Notes: generated by a model from the sequence alone, not told the origin. A DNA stretch of 64,000 nt from Octopus vulgaris (GCA_951406725.2 OX597818.1:87854001-87918000); one strand, 5' to 3'. Numbered from the stretch's first letter, positions 1-12,964 are shown. Made by a program: numbers and translations.

Positions 1-66
<66 letters not shown>

Positions 67-188
67 TATTTTCTTTTTCTTCTTTTCTCTGTTTTTTGAA
101 TTGCCCATACGCACACACACATATATATGTATATATACATATGTATATATGTGTATGCATATATGTATGTATAGATGTATGTGTGTAC

Positions 189-226
<38 letters not shown>

Positions 227-254
227 GTATGCATATATACATATATGTATGTTA

Positions 255-305
<51 letters not shown>

Positions 306-382
306 ATAGGCATATATATAAATTTATAATGTATATGTATAAATATGTTACGTATATATATATATATATATATATACATACA

Positions 383-422
<40 letters not shown>

Positions 423-445
423 CACACACATACATATATAATCAC
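1..445. repeat. (TA)n/(TG)n compound microsatellite
   Basis: Direct: long TA runs interrupted by CA/TG units. Confidence 0.95.
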
Positions 446-734
446 GCAGAATGAAAGAAAACTAATATTAACTAAAACACACTCACACAAATTATATATA
501 CATATACACTCCATCTTTCTTCTTATACGAACTGGTTTCATGTTGATATTTGTTCTTATTCGCAGTTCGCCTTTGATCGTGTTCTTTTCGCCTTTCTTTT
601 CTTTCTTTTCTTACAGCAATACACAAACTTTCGTCTATCGTCACGAAATTTTTTTCGAAAATAAAACTCCTGACATTGGTTAGTCGTTGTGTCTTCTTTC
701 CGAACCTTGACAATGAATTGAATAGAATATTATA

Positions 735-1294
735 TTGGGTTGTCCGGAAAGTTCGTGCCAATTTTTAAAGGAAAGAAAAAGGCCAATAAATTCTTGCCAT
801 TACATTTTTAATCAACTAAATATGAACCATTTTGTTGCACAATGCGTCTCCATCTTCCCTTTAATTTGAAAATACCCTCTTCCCAGAATTGAGGTGGTTT
901 CATCACAAAGAATTCATCAAGGTATCTTTTTACGTCATCCAACGATTTGAAATTTTTACTGTCAAGACTACTCTGCGGAGACCTGAATAAGTGGAAATCC
1001 GAAGGAGCAATATCTGGTGAATATGGAGGGTGGGGTAACACATCCCAGCCGAGCTGCAGCAATTTTTGTCTGGTTCCCAAAGCATCAAGTACCGAAAATG
1101 AACTTTCTTATCTTCTTTTTAAGGGGTTACAGAATTAACACAGGTTATAGGAACATAAACCTTCTTCCACGAAAAGATAGCTTAAACTGTGCTCTAAATG
1201 GAGGTGGAGTGAAATCCTATTTTATAGACTCAACCATTTTCTAAAATAAGTCGAAAGGTAAGCTACTTCGGCACGAACTTTCCGGACAATCCAC
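735..1294 (-). mobile_element. Internally deleted mariner (Tc1/mariner) element, ~560 bp
   Basis: TIRs TTGGGTTGTCCGGAAAGTTCGTGCC (735-759) and GGCACGAACTTTCCGGACAATCCAC (1270-1294), with TA on both sides. The minus strand encodes the N-terminal EDKKVHFRYLMLW fused to the C-terminal LGWDVLPHPPYSPDIAPSDFHLFRS...GSYLVD*. Confidence 0.93.
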
Positions 1295-1308
1295 TAGACA
1301 CCTCAACA

Positions 1309-1525
1309 GCGATGAGCTGACAGAATCGTTGGGACGGTGGGTAAAATGCTTAACGGCATTTCATCCATCCTTTAAGCTATGAATTCAAATTTCGCTGGTG
1401 TCGGTTTTGCCTTTCATCCTTCCATGTTCGATAAAATAAGTACCAATCAAGCACCGGAGTTGATCCAATCGAATTACCCCCGTCTCCAAAATTGCTGGCA
1501 TTGTGCCAAAGTTTGTAACTAATAT
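1309..1525 (+). mobile_element. tRNA-derived SINE family A, diverged copy
   Basis: Aligns by eye to the copy at 57303-57530 (GAGCTG.CAGAA.CGTT..., GAATTCAAATT, TTTGCCTTTCATCCTT, GATAAAATAAGTACC). Confidence 0.8.
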
Positions 1526-1890
1526 TATAGGTGACACACTTCTAGTTTTATTTTATTTTTACTGAACGGTTTTACCAGAATTAAATGATTGATAACTAGT
1601 ATGATATGATTGATGTCTCTGGTAGTCTGAGAAAGACCGTTCTGCAATTTCTTGCAGAATTGATTTGTTTATAGTGATCAAGTGTTTGTGCTGTAGATTA
1701 GATCACACCCTCCATCGAATCAACGTTGCCCGAGGAAGTGCGTGGTGTATCACACGCCAGGTGTTAAAGTGATGGTAGAATAACGTGAGCTGAAGTGTTT
1801 TGCTTACAAGATGTAAAAGCTGGAGCATAGTGAAAGGAAATGCTGTGCACAAAGGCTCACTCTGTCGTCTTATTTGGAAATTGATTCCAC

Positions 1891-1958
1891 TGGAATTGAA
1901 ACCATGATCTTGCGATCGTGAGTGCAACACCCTGACCACTAGATCATGCGCCCTCACG
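1891..1958 (-). mobile_element. tRNA-derived SINE head fragment (family D-like)
   Basis: Reverse complement resembles the head of 7696-8026 (A box AGTGGT.AG, CACGATCG, B box GTTTCAATTCC). Confidence 0.65.
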
Positions 1959-2076
1959 ATAGCTAGAATAATGATGCATTTATTCATTCTGAATACATTA
2001 TGGCAGACTTCAACGTAAATATGCTAACCGTTGTTGTATTTCGCCTTCGGAGAACTCTCTCTCTCTCGCTTTAAAC

Positions 2077-2554
2077 TAGTGGTTCTCAACCGGGGCCTAT
2101 ATGATCCGTGCGGTCCATATAAGATGTTGGCGGGGATTTATGTAACAATATATTAAAAGGGGACCACATTAATGATCGCAAATGACCCCATCGCCAAGGC
2201 AAATTTGCGTTCATGAGGGCAGCATCTAAAAATTTCACTTTTTGATTATAGGGAAGCACTTTTTTTCAAAATGGTTCTCTTCTCAGCTAAGCAGAGCCTA
2301 CATTGTCTACCTCTATTCGGATACGACTCAGACCATTCCACAGTATTATTAAGAATTTTGATATACATATATTTATTGCAACAACTAAATTTCTTTCTCA
2401 AATCTTTTACATAGTTGATGTGTGAAAAACAGAATTAGAATTTTGTAAGAAGTGTCTATTAACTTGTTTTTAAGCATTGAATGGTCATGGGGTCCACCAG
2501 AATAAAATAGTAATCAAAGAGGTTCATAGACACAAATATGGTTGAGAAACACTG
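2077..2554. mobile_element. hAT (Charlie-type) MITE, ~478 bp
   Basis: TIRs TAGTGGTTCTCAACC / GGTTGAGAAACACTG; 8-bp TSD CTTTAAAC (2069-2076) vs CTTTAATC (2555-2562). Confidence 0.85.
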
Positions 2555-2594
2555 CTTTAATCGTTGTGTGTTTACTACATACACGAGAAAAGGA

Positions 2595-2700
2595 GTCATG
2601 TGGCAGTGGGCAGTTAATTTCCACAACTCTGCACATTTTCTCTTTCCTATCCCACATCATTATATCAGGTCTGTTGTGTTTGTATGTATGTAATAACAAC
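2595..2700 (-). pseudogene. Fragment of the restriction-like endonuclease domain of an RLE non-LTR retrotransposon
   Basis: KHNRPDIMMWDRKEKMCRVVEINCP matches the RPD...E motif of R4/NeSL-type C-termini. Confidence 0.7.
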
Positions 2701-3129
2701 AGGTGTCAAGGGTCAAAAGGCTTGGCAGGAGCAGAAAGACTTCTAGCGAGAAATTTGAAAAGCCAACGAGTGGAGACGGGTTCTACGTACTCGGTCGACC
2801 CGAAAGAAAAAAACAGGTAATCGTCGTCACCACGGTTCAAACCCAACATTCTGAAAAAAACCCAAAAATGTGGTGCACATTGGATGACATAGTCCTAGAT
2901 ATGCTATATCCAAGCGGTTGTGGCAAGAAAGCTGACGAAGAACCAATCAACAACCATTCCTGGGAAGCAACAGAATTATCATTTAGCTAGAAAAGAACAC
3001 AGTCTGCTGATATTTATATTAGGTTTCGTGAAATTCCATTGTGTGCTTTTGGTACAGAGGTGGTGATGTAGGAATGCGCGTGTTTGTATGTGCGTATATA
3101 ACACACAAACACACGCACATATAAATATA

Positions 3130-3135
3130 TACGCA

Positions 3136-3191
<56 letters not shown>

Positions 3192-3738
3192 GTGTGTGTG
3201 GAAGTGAGTGTGAGAATTCACAGCACACTTGTCAATAGATCGATATATATACATCTGATACGAATCGATGACTAAACGTAGTCGTGTATGTAGACACCCA
3301 CGTAACATATATATATGTTTATGACCGCGTCTATAGCTGTGTTTGTGAACCTGTGTATTTGTGTGTGTGTGTGTGTGCGCGTGTGTGTGAGCGCGCGCAC
3401 GAACGCTAGTGCGAGCGTATATTTTTGTTTTAATCTCAGACGTAAGCCTACATAGATATTGATATATAAGTGCACTGAACTACTCCACTACATACAAATA
3501 CACACACCTATAAGTATAACATACGCACACACATACATACACATATACGTTTATATATATATATATATACGCGCACATTTATATATCTGTATGTATATAC
3601 ACACGCGTGCGTTCACACACACACAGACACACACACACACACACACACATACACACATATATATGTACAAAGAAATATAAATACATAGAAATATAACGAT
3701 ACGTTCAATACTAATTAGTGGAAAAATATATTCTAATT

Positions 3739-3809
<71 letters not shown>

Positions 3810-3851
3810 TTATGTATGTATATATATATATATTTATATATATATATATAC

Positions 3852-3909
<58 letters not shown>

Positions 3910-4310
3910 GTATATATATATATAAATACAATGATATATATTCGAGTGTTTGTATTTATGCATACTTGTGCACATATAGACATATGTATATTTGTATATT
4001 TATGGATGTCTTTGTATGTATACGTAAGTTTATACATAGCATATATACGTATATGTGTAGGTATATATGTAGGTATAGGTATATGTATATATATATATAT
4101 ATACACATACATTTATATATATATATACATATATATATATATACATATACATATGTATATGTGTATACATATATATACACACATAAATATACATACATAT
4201 ATATATACATATGTGTATATGTATGTATATCCATATGTATATACATATATACATATATATATTCATTTATATATATATATAATATATATATTTTATATAT
4301 ATATATATAT

Positions 4311-4345
<35 letters not shown>

Positions 4346-4376
4346 ATAAACTATATTTTATATATATATATATAAA

Positions 4377-4423
<47 letters not shown>

Positions 4424-4470
4424 TATTATACATACATACATTTATATACACACACGTATAAACACACATC
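3130..4470. repeat. Compound (TA)n/(TG)n/(CA)n microsatellite field
   Basis: Direct. Confidence 0.95.
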
Positions 4471-4891
4471 AAATTAAATCAAAAACTCAATAGATAAACA
4501 AACACATCGATATTAATGGTGGAGAAGAAACTAACGTAAGTCCAGTATTTTAAAATATTTTCTATTCAGTTATTCAATAGACAGGAATGGAAAACAATAT
4601 TGCTTTCTGCTTAATTACTTAATTTCATATTATAACAACAACATTTCTTTTCTTTTTATCGACGGTGTTGTTGTCGTTGTTGTTGTTGCTGTTGTTGTTA
4701 GTGTTGTTGTTGTTGTTGTTGCTAATAAGTGTGTATGTGCGTGTGTTAAAGAAATGGAGTTCACATCCACGCGTTTTCTGCTGCTGCTGCTGCTGCTTTG
4801 CACCTTGGGTAATGTGTTTTTTGTCCTCTTTCAGGTTGTCCAGTGCTTTAGGATGTGACTTTCCTTGATGGAAACTGTGCTCCTTGCAAGT

Positions 4892-4953
<62 letters not shown>

Positions 4954-4984
4954 CACACGGGCGTGCGCATAGTCGTATGTATGT

Positions 4985-5089
4985 ATAGATAGACAGATAT
5001 AGAGTGATAGAGATAGAGATAGATACAGAGATAGAAGAGAGATAGAGATAGATAGATAGATAGAGATAAAGAGAGAGATTGAGACAGAG

Positions 5090-5173
<84 letters not shown>

Positions 5174-5201
5174 TGATAGATAGATATCTATCTATCTACC
5201 T

Positions 5202-5266
<65 letters not shown>

Positions 5267-5394
5267 GTAGATAACTTTATTTATTGACCACACAGGGCTG
5301 AATACAGAGGGGACAACTAAAAATGTAGAGCTTTTCTTTTCAAAGATGAGATAGATAGAGAGAAAGATAGATAGATAGACAGATAGATAGATAA

Positions 5395-5479
<85 letters not shown>

Positions 5480-5682
5480 GATATAGGTTGTCGCCATGAT
5501 TGACCGCTAACTCCAAAAGTATTTTTTAATTCTCTCTCTGTTTAATTCCTCGGGTTCCTTTCTGTTGAAGAGTATAAGCTCGAAACGTAGAAGACTTTGT
5601 CACCTTCCCGAGCATCAAACTAATACACCTGCTTGTTGTTTATACACCTGTCTTTGTCATTTGTGTTTCTGTAAATTTCGAC

Positions 5683-5761
<79 letters not shown>

Positions 5762-5780
5762 ACTTAGATAGATAGATAGC
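4985..5780. repeat. (GATA)n/(GACA)n arrays interrupted by short dispersed-repeat fragments
   Basis: Direct. A SINE A tail fragment lies at ~5275-5320 and a hammerhead-like repeat at ~5490-5680. Confidence 0.9.
5558..5595 (+). ncRNA. Degenerate Penelope-type hammerhead-like motif
   Basis: CTGTTGAA-GAG TATAAG CTC-GAAACGTA: stem II and GAAACGT are present but the CUGA core is altered. Confidence 0.35.
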
Positions 5781-6199
5781 TGAATTATCGGTAAGTTTTT
5801 CATAAGAGTATAAAATAGCACATCCAATAGGAGTAATAGATCAGTTATACTTTTATATATGGTTAAGCCGTATATTACTGCTTATGACATATAACTGGTT
5901 AGAATGTTATCGTCACATCGCACTGACTATTGCTTCTAGCCAATAATGACGACTCTTCAGACATGGTGGCGGAAAGGGAATAGTTTCTTTTATGCTGGTA
6001 GTATATATAGACCTTTAGAAGCTAGGTGATGGAAAAAGAAAAGCAGCGAAACAGTGAAAAAATTAAAACTTTCCAGATGAAAAGAAGAGATATTTCCAAT
6101 GAAATGGTGTTAACTATGGGGGAAATGTGTAAGCTTTTTATGTGTATGTGTGTGCGTGTGTGTGTGTGTGCGTGTTTACATAATATTCAATAGTCTGAA

Positions 6200-6360
6200 A
6201 AATGACCACAAAGCCATGGCGAATTTGCTTTCATAAGGGCAGCATCCCAAAATTTCCCGTTTTGAATATAGAGAACCTTTGTTTGTAATGATTCTCCTCT
6301 CAGATAAGGAGATCCTGCCTTGCCTACTTCCATTCGTATACAACTCAGACCGTTCCAACA
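6200..6360 (+). repeat. Dispersed ~165-bp repeat, second copy of 2180-2345
   Basis: Co-linear similarity: AAATGACC...AATTTGC.TTCAT.AGGGCAGCATC..AAAATTTC...TCTCAG.TAAG...ACTCAGACC.TTCCA. Confidence 0.75.
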
Positions 6361-6899
6361 ACTTCACATTGCGATATGGCTTTCTCTTTTAATCGCTTGA
6401 TATAGTTTGCTAACGTTGTTGCATTCCACCATTCCTGGATTGAAACAGAAATATAACAAATCATGAAGGAATATACGTCAGAAATAGAAGAATACAACCG
6501 GCCCCTTCCACACATACGCAAATTAACTGCTGCCTTAAACCAGTGATAACATCATAACAGAAACCGTCAAACACAAAAGACTAAAGCTGCCACTAAAAGA
6601 AAGAATATAACAGCAGAAACGATCTCATAATATGGCTGAGACCTCAAAACACAGAATAGTCAGAGTAAAAATGCACAAAACCCTAAAACATCGATGCAGG
6701 TCATATAGGTCCTCGCTGAAGCAACGAATCAAATACCCAATCACACGAAAAATATACCCGTAACTCTGAAGAAAAGCAAATGGAATAAAATACACGCCAC
6801 AACGGATATACCAAAGATGACATTAAGAGTAACACGTCAAAAACAATAAAGAAAAAATATATTTACTGCACAACAAAGAAGTATTGATGTAAATATTTA

Positions 6900-7427
6900 T
6901 TTCTTTATTGCCCACAGGAGACTAAACATAGAGGGGACAAACAGGAACAGACAAAGGGATTAAGTCGATTTCATCAACCCCAGAGCGTAAATTTAATCGG
7001 CCCCGAAAGGATGAAAGGAAAAGTTGACCTCGACGGAATTTGAACTCAGAACGTACGGCTGACGAAATACCAGTGAGCACTTCACCCGGCGTGCTAACGT
7101 TTCTTATTTCTTTATTGCCCACAAGGGGCTAAACATAGAGAGGACAAATAAGGGTAGACAAAGGTATTAGGTCGATTACATCGACCCTAGTACGTAACTT
7201 GTACATAATTTATCGACCCCGAAAGGATGAAAGGCAAAGTTGACCTCGGCGGAATTTGAACTCAGAACGTAACGGCAGACGAAATACCTATTTCTTTACT
7301 ACCCACAAGGGGCTAAACACAGAGAGGACAAACAAGGACAGACAAACGGATTAAGTCGAACGTAACGACAGACGAAATACCGCGAAGCATTTCGCCCGGC
7401 GTGCTAACGTTTCTGCTAGCTCGCCAC
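6900..7427 (-). mobile_element. SINE family A concatemer (3 modules)
   Basis: Repeated tail-body modules (TTTCTTTA.TGCCCACAAGGGGCTAAAC...GGAATTTGAACTCAGAACGTA...GACGAAATACC) ending in the head CTAGCTCGCC. Confidence 0.9.
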
Positions 7428-7695
7428 ACAGCTACGCCTATACTACATTTCTTTTAAAATAATCTTGAAAATAAAGTAGAATGTATTAAAACGATTTTAT
7501 CATTATCGTATTCCTCACAGCGTGGAGAGTGAATAAACACGCTGGTGTTTAGGAAGTAAATCAATATAAAATTTTTATGGTAAATTTTAATTTAGATCTG
7601 GTTAAAACAGGAATTTGCTATCGTAGAACCAGGGGCGATCTCAGACAAGTTAATGTCATATAGTTTATTAACGCATAATAATGTTAAATTGTGAA

Positions 7696-8026
7696 GGCGC
7701 GTGGCTCAGTGGTTAGAGCGTCGAGCTTACGATCGTGAGGTTGTGAGTTCGAATCCCGGACCGGGCTGCGTGTTGTGATCTTGAGCAAGACACTTTATTT
7801 CACGTTGCTCCAGTTCACTCAGCTGTAGAAATGAGTTGCGACATCACTGTTGTCAAGCTGTATCGGCCTTTGCCTTTCCTTTGGATAACACTGGTGGCGT
7901 GGAGAGGGGAGGCCGGTATGCATGGGCGACTTCTGGTCTTCCATAAACAACCTTGCTCGGACTTGTGCCTCGGAGAGTAACTTTCTAGGTGCTATCCCAC
8001 GGTCAGTCATAACCGAAGGGGGTCTC
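7696..8026 (+). mobile_element. tRNA-derived SINE family D, full length
   Basis: A box TGGCTCAGTGG, B box GAGTTCGAATCC, then the central TTGAGCAAGACACTTTATTTCACGTTGCTCCAG domain. Confidence 0.9.
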
Positions 8027-8154
8027 AGCATCAGCAACTCAATACTGTTAAATTAATGTTAAATCTAAATTCCTTTCAGGATACGTTAAAATTTCCCTTG
8101 CCTCATTGCGACCGCATCACTGATGAAGTTCCTTTCCAACTGCTTGAAACTTTG

Positions 8155-8690
8155 AAAGGATGAAAGGCAAAGTCCACCTCGGCGGAATTTGAACCCAGAA
8201 CGTAGCGGCAGACGAAATACCTATTTCTTTACTAGCCCAGAAGGGGCTAAACACAGAGAGGACAAACAAGGACAGACAAACGGATTAAGTCGATTATATC
8301 GACCCCAGTGCGTAACTGGTACTTAATCTATCGACCCCGAAAGGAAGAAAGGCACAGTCTACCTCGGCGGAATTTGAACTCAGAACATAACGGCAGATGA
8401 AATACGGCTACGCATTTCGCCCGGTGTGCTAACGTTTCTGCCAACTCGCCGCCTTCGACAAAGGAAATATTTATATCTTTATTGCCTTATAGGGGACTAA
8501 ACATAGAGGGGGCAAACAAGGACAGACAAAGGGATTAAGTCGATTACATTGACACCAGTGCGTAACTGGTACTAAATTTATCGACACCGAAAGGATGAAA
8601 GACAAAGTCGACCTCGGCGGAATTTGAACTCAGAACGCAGCAGCGGACGAAATACCACAAAGCATTTTACCCGGCGTGCTAACGTTTATG
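8155..8690 (-). mobile_element. SINE family A cluster/concatemer
   Basis: Same modules as 6900-7427. Confidence 0.9.
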
Positions 8691-8848
8691 TTTAAATTAT
8701 TTTTAAATAGTGTTTAGATGATTTATGTTTAACTATGTTTAAATAATGTAGACATACATGGTGGTGCTCCAGCATGACCGCAGCCGCATGGGTGAAACGA
8801 GTAAAAGAGTAAATACATATCCGTAAATAATACATACATACACATCTA

Positions 8849-8931
<83 letters not shown>

Positions 8932-8966
8932 ATACACGTAAAGAAATGACACGCAAGAAGGATTAC

Positions 8967-9060
8967 CGAAATTAGATTTCGGATTAGACATGAAATACTT
9001 TTCATCAGCCATGGCGACCAGAACCAGCGTAGTTTCGGTGCTCTAAAGACCGGAAGCCTG
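8967..9060 (-). other. Candidate first coding exon of an unidentified host gene (MADEKYFMSNPKSNF-G|GTAATC)
   Basis: Minus strand has CTTCCGG (ETS-like) upstream, Kozak-like GTCGCCATGG at 9012 and a possible phase-1 donor at 8966. No homology recognised. Confidence 0.3.
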
Positions 9061-9158
9061 GTCCCATAGAATTACTGTTCTGGATGCGCCACTTATAGTA
9101 AAGCATCACCGAGGTGGGGAATATTAGGCGACAAATATAAATTTCCAAGTTGATAAGA

Positions 9159-9216
<58 letters not shown>

Positions 9217-9439
9217 TTATATATACTTATAGATAGATAGGTAGATGCGTAGATAAATAGATAGCTTGATTGGTAGACAGACAGATACACACACATACAC
9301 TCACAGACATATATGTACACATATATAACATATGTACCTACCAACATACATACATATGTATACACACCCACAGACACAACACACGTACATACACATATAC
9401 ACAAACATAGACACGAAATGCAACTGTTTTGTAAAAATC

Positions 9440-9795
9440 GGGCGTGGCTGTGTGGTAAGAAGCTTGTTCTCAACCACATGGTTCCGGGTTTAGCCCCACT
9501 GCGTGGCACTTCGAGCTAGTGTCTTCTACTATAGCCTCGGGTCGACCAAAGCCCTGTGAGGGGATTTGGTAGACGGAAACTGAAAGAAGCCTCTCGTATA
9601 TATGTATATATTTGTATGTGTCTGCATTTCCCTCCCCCACCACCGCTTGACAACCGTTGTTGGTGTGTTTAAGTTCCCCGTAACTTAGCGGTTCGGTAAA
9701 GTGATCGAAAGAATAAGTACTAGGCTTACAAGGAATAAGTCATGGTGTCGATTTGGGGTCAACTAAAACCCTTCAAGGTGGTGCTCCAGCATGGA
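9440..9795 (+). mobile_element. tRNA-derived SINE family B
   Basis: TGGCTGTGTGGTAAG head, GGATTTGGTAGACGGAAACTGAAAGAAGC, TAACTTAGCGGTTCGG and GGTGCTCCAGCATGG shared with the other copies. Confidence 0.9.
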
Positions 9796-9964
9796 GTAAC
9801 ACCTTTATTGTAGGTATTGGGAAGTGTAATATTCAATTACTTGTTCTATCCCACACAGGAAAAAAGCTCACCGTCTCAATGTGATAATATATATACATAT
9901 GGATGTGTATATGAAGAGCGTTGTAGTTCGTTGGAGGTGTTGTAGTTCAAAAGTAGAAATATGA

Positions 9965-10131
9965 ATGAAAACAGAAGTAAAGAAAGCTTTTAACAATACA
10001 GAAAGTTATATTTCGGGTGCAAAGACCTATCTTCAGAAGAATACAGTCAAAGAAATGCATATTTGACTGTATACTTTGCGCCCGAAATATAAAGGATTTT
10101 AAAAACATCTTGCATTGTTAGAAACTTTCCT

Positions 10132-10135
<4 letters not shown>
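9965..10135. repeat. Fold-back (inverted) repeat containing a degenerate hammerhead-like motif
   Basis: TATATTTCGGGTGCAAAG (10007-10024) pairs with CTTTGCGCCCGAAATATA (10074-10091), and ATACAGTCAAA pairs with TTTGACTGTAT. The minus strand reads CTGAAGATAGGTCTTTGCACCCGAAAT. Confidence 0.7.
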
Positions 10136-10195
<60 letters not shown>

Positions 10196-10394
10196 AAACT
10201 TATATATATTCTTAAATATATAGATCCTACCATCCATAGCTGAATCTCCTATATGCATTAAATAATCCGAAAGTAACTATGGATTACGAAGTATTATTTA
10301 CAGAAGATACAAGAAAGAACTGTATAAGAGGGCGAGAAAAAAAAAACTAAGAAAATCACATGATCATAATGACACACCCGTCCCTCCACAGTCT

Positions 10395-10922
10395 CTCTCT
10401 GTATATATACATACAAATATATATATGTATATACATACATATATATGTGTATACACATACACACACATATATATATATATATATATGTATATACATACAT
10501 ATATATACATGCATATACATACATATATATATACATACGTATATATATACATACGTATATATATATACATATACATACATGCATACACATACATATATAA
10601 ACATGCATACATATATATACATACATATATATATACATATATATCTATACATATATATATATATATATATACATACATATACATACATATATACATCTAT
10701 ATATACATATACATAATATATACATACATAAATAGATATATACATATATATGTACACACAAACATACATATATATACATATGCATACATATATATATATA
10801 TATATACATGTACATATACACATACATATATATATATATATATACATATACATACATATATATGTACACATATATATACATATATATACATATATATATA
10901 TATATACATACACATACATATA

Positions 10923-10954
<32 letters not shown>

Positions 10955-11330
10955 CACATACATACATATATATACATATATATATACATACATATATATA
11001 TACATATATAGACATACATATATGTATGTTTGTGGGTGTGCGTGCCTGTGAGTATACGCATGTCTGCGTATCTGTGCGCGCGCGTGTCTGAATATTTATG
11101 GAAAGAAAAAAAGATTTGATCTCACAAACATAAGTATATATCCTTAATATGAATATAGTCTTCTTTATCTCTTTTCTATATTTAACATTATTTTTTTGTG
11201 TGCGTATGAAAATCAACACCGGTGTATGTATGCATGCATTTATGTATGTATGTATTATGTATGTATGTATGTATGTATGTATGTATGTATGTATGTATGT
11301 ATGTATGTATGTATGTATGTATGTATCAGC
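10395..11330. repeat. Degenerate (TA/CA)n field plus (TATG)n
   Basis: Direct. Confidence 0.9.
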
Positions 11331-11499
11331 GAGAAAGAGGAGTAATATCTCGCAAAATAAGTAATAATGCGATTTTCTTAGTGTTGTCTAAACTGGCAGT
11401 ATTTGTGTTATTTGCGTATAATGGAGGGTATATAACGGATAAAGATAGATCATATAGCAAACATCGTTGCATTGTGCTTATATAAATACGATGGTGTTC

Positions 11500-12480
11500 T
11501 CGTTGTTCTGAAGACGTGTTCTTGTGTTCTATCTATTGTTCCTTTTCTCTCTTGGGGCACCTCGCCTTCCTATGACCTTTCTCTCCACATAGGTAGGATA
11601 TGAGAGGCCTACCTTCCACAACCACCCTCAGCCTCACATATTCAGGCAGAACTATTTCTTCTGCAATCCTGTTTAGATCTTCCACACTTGCTTGCATGGA
11701 CATCTCTATGCCATACCTGATCAATTCAACCTTTTGGTTCGCGTCACTTTAAGTATTTCGGTTTTTCTTCCATGTTAAACATTATGGCTGCCATCAGCCA
11801 TGTTTCCTTCATTTCTGGGGGTACTTTGCCAACTTTCACCCTGGCAACACGTTTGCCAGAGTGCGTTGGCAAAAGTACCCATTCTTCCATTCTTATAGCT
11901 TCAGTGGAATGCTTTATCGCTTCATATTCCGTCGTGAATCGCATCTCCACTGTGCCATACTTTCCTCTTTTTGTAATAAAAGTGGTAAATATTTTAATCC
12001 CTTTCAAGCATTCCTCAATAGCTTCAATCGTTGCTATTTCAATTTTTCCTGCTTAACAACTCCAGTGTTTTAAATATCACTGTTTCTTGATTAAACTGTT
12101 TGTGAGTTCCTCTGGTGGCGTTAATTTTAACGTGTTTCTCTCCTGTTTCAACAACTTCTCACATTTTTTCAGCTTCGTCGGCTCAACCTTCATCTTGCGA
12201 GCCTCTAAAGCTTCAATGTCCACTCTTCTACCAGTTGCTGCCGCCTAACTGTGACTTCCCGCTGGCACTTTTTCCGCCTTCCCTACAAATGGGATGAAAA
12301 CAAACACAATTCAACAATACAGTAACAGCAATTTCAACAATCAACAATTATAGGTACACCCACGAGAAGAGACCTTCAACAAATAATTAACAAGGTGACT
12401 CACGTCAAACAAGGATCAAAACCGATGAAACAGCACAGAAAACAGCGACACACGACAAAAATTAACGCCTAATCTCTCTG
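11500..12480 (-). pseudogene. Remnant 5' UTR and ORF1 (gag-like, zinc knuckle) of a non-LTR retrotransposon, probably L1/Tx1-like
   Basis: Frameshifted ORFs 11744-12007 and 11533-11724 with LRVVVEGRPLISYLCGEKGHRKARCP (degenerate CX2CX4HX4C preceded by EGRP). Confidence 0.7.
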
Positions 12481-12729
12481 TCTCTCACTCAGATCGCTAC
12501 TATTTGCAGTCTTTTGGTCAAGTCTATCTTCGCAGAAGGGTGTCGTGACTCTCGCCACAACATCTGCCCTTTTGAGATTTCGAATTGCGTAGGAAACGAA
12601 ATTTGTTTTATTATTATGTTGTGGTTGTATGTTGGGATGTGGGGCACACCAAAATGAGGACGGGGTGTTATTAATTAACAAGCTGCTCCGTTAATCGGAT
12701 CAACAGGAATATCAGGCAAAGACGGCTGT

Positions 12730-12900
12730 ACTATCTTGCCACTGTATGCACTGGCCTGAACTGGAAGCATCTAAATTAGTCACGTGGAACCCACTTTATG
12801 TTGAAGTCAGAAGAGGAAAACGTCGTCACACTTACATCGACAAGTTGATTGCAGATACTGGCCTGGAATGCACCCAGGAGATCGAGGAACGAAAACTGAG
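12730..12900 (+). pseudogene. RTE-type LINE C-terminal fragment
   Basis: ASKLVTWNP...RRGKRRHTYIDKLIADTGL resembles the RGRP..TYID.L..DTG tail motif of RTE/RTEX elements. Confidence 0.65.
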
Positions 12901-12964
12901 GCAAGTAGACTTTGTTGCTGCGGCCCTTCAATGTAACCGATGGATTGCCAGGTCTCGTTGTCAT

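Noticed and set aside
7696-7770. tRNA gene (also 30192-30265, 37248-37317, 49500-49570)
   Set aside because: A and B boxes are present, but there is no closed acceptor stem or oligo-T terminator. The sequences mostly continue into SINE bodies, and the 49.5-kb one is too degenerate to call.
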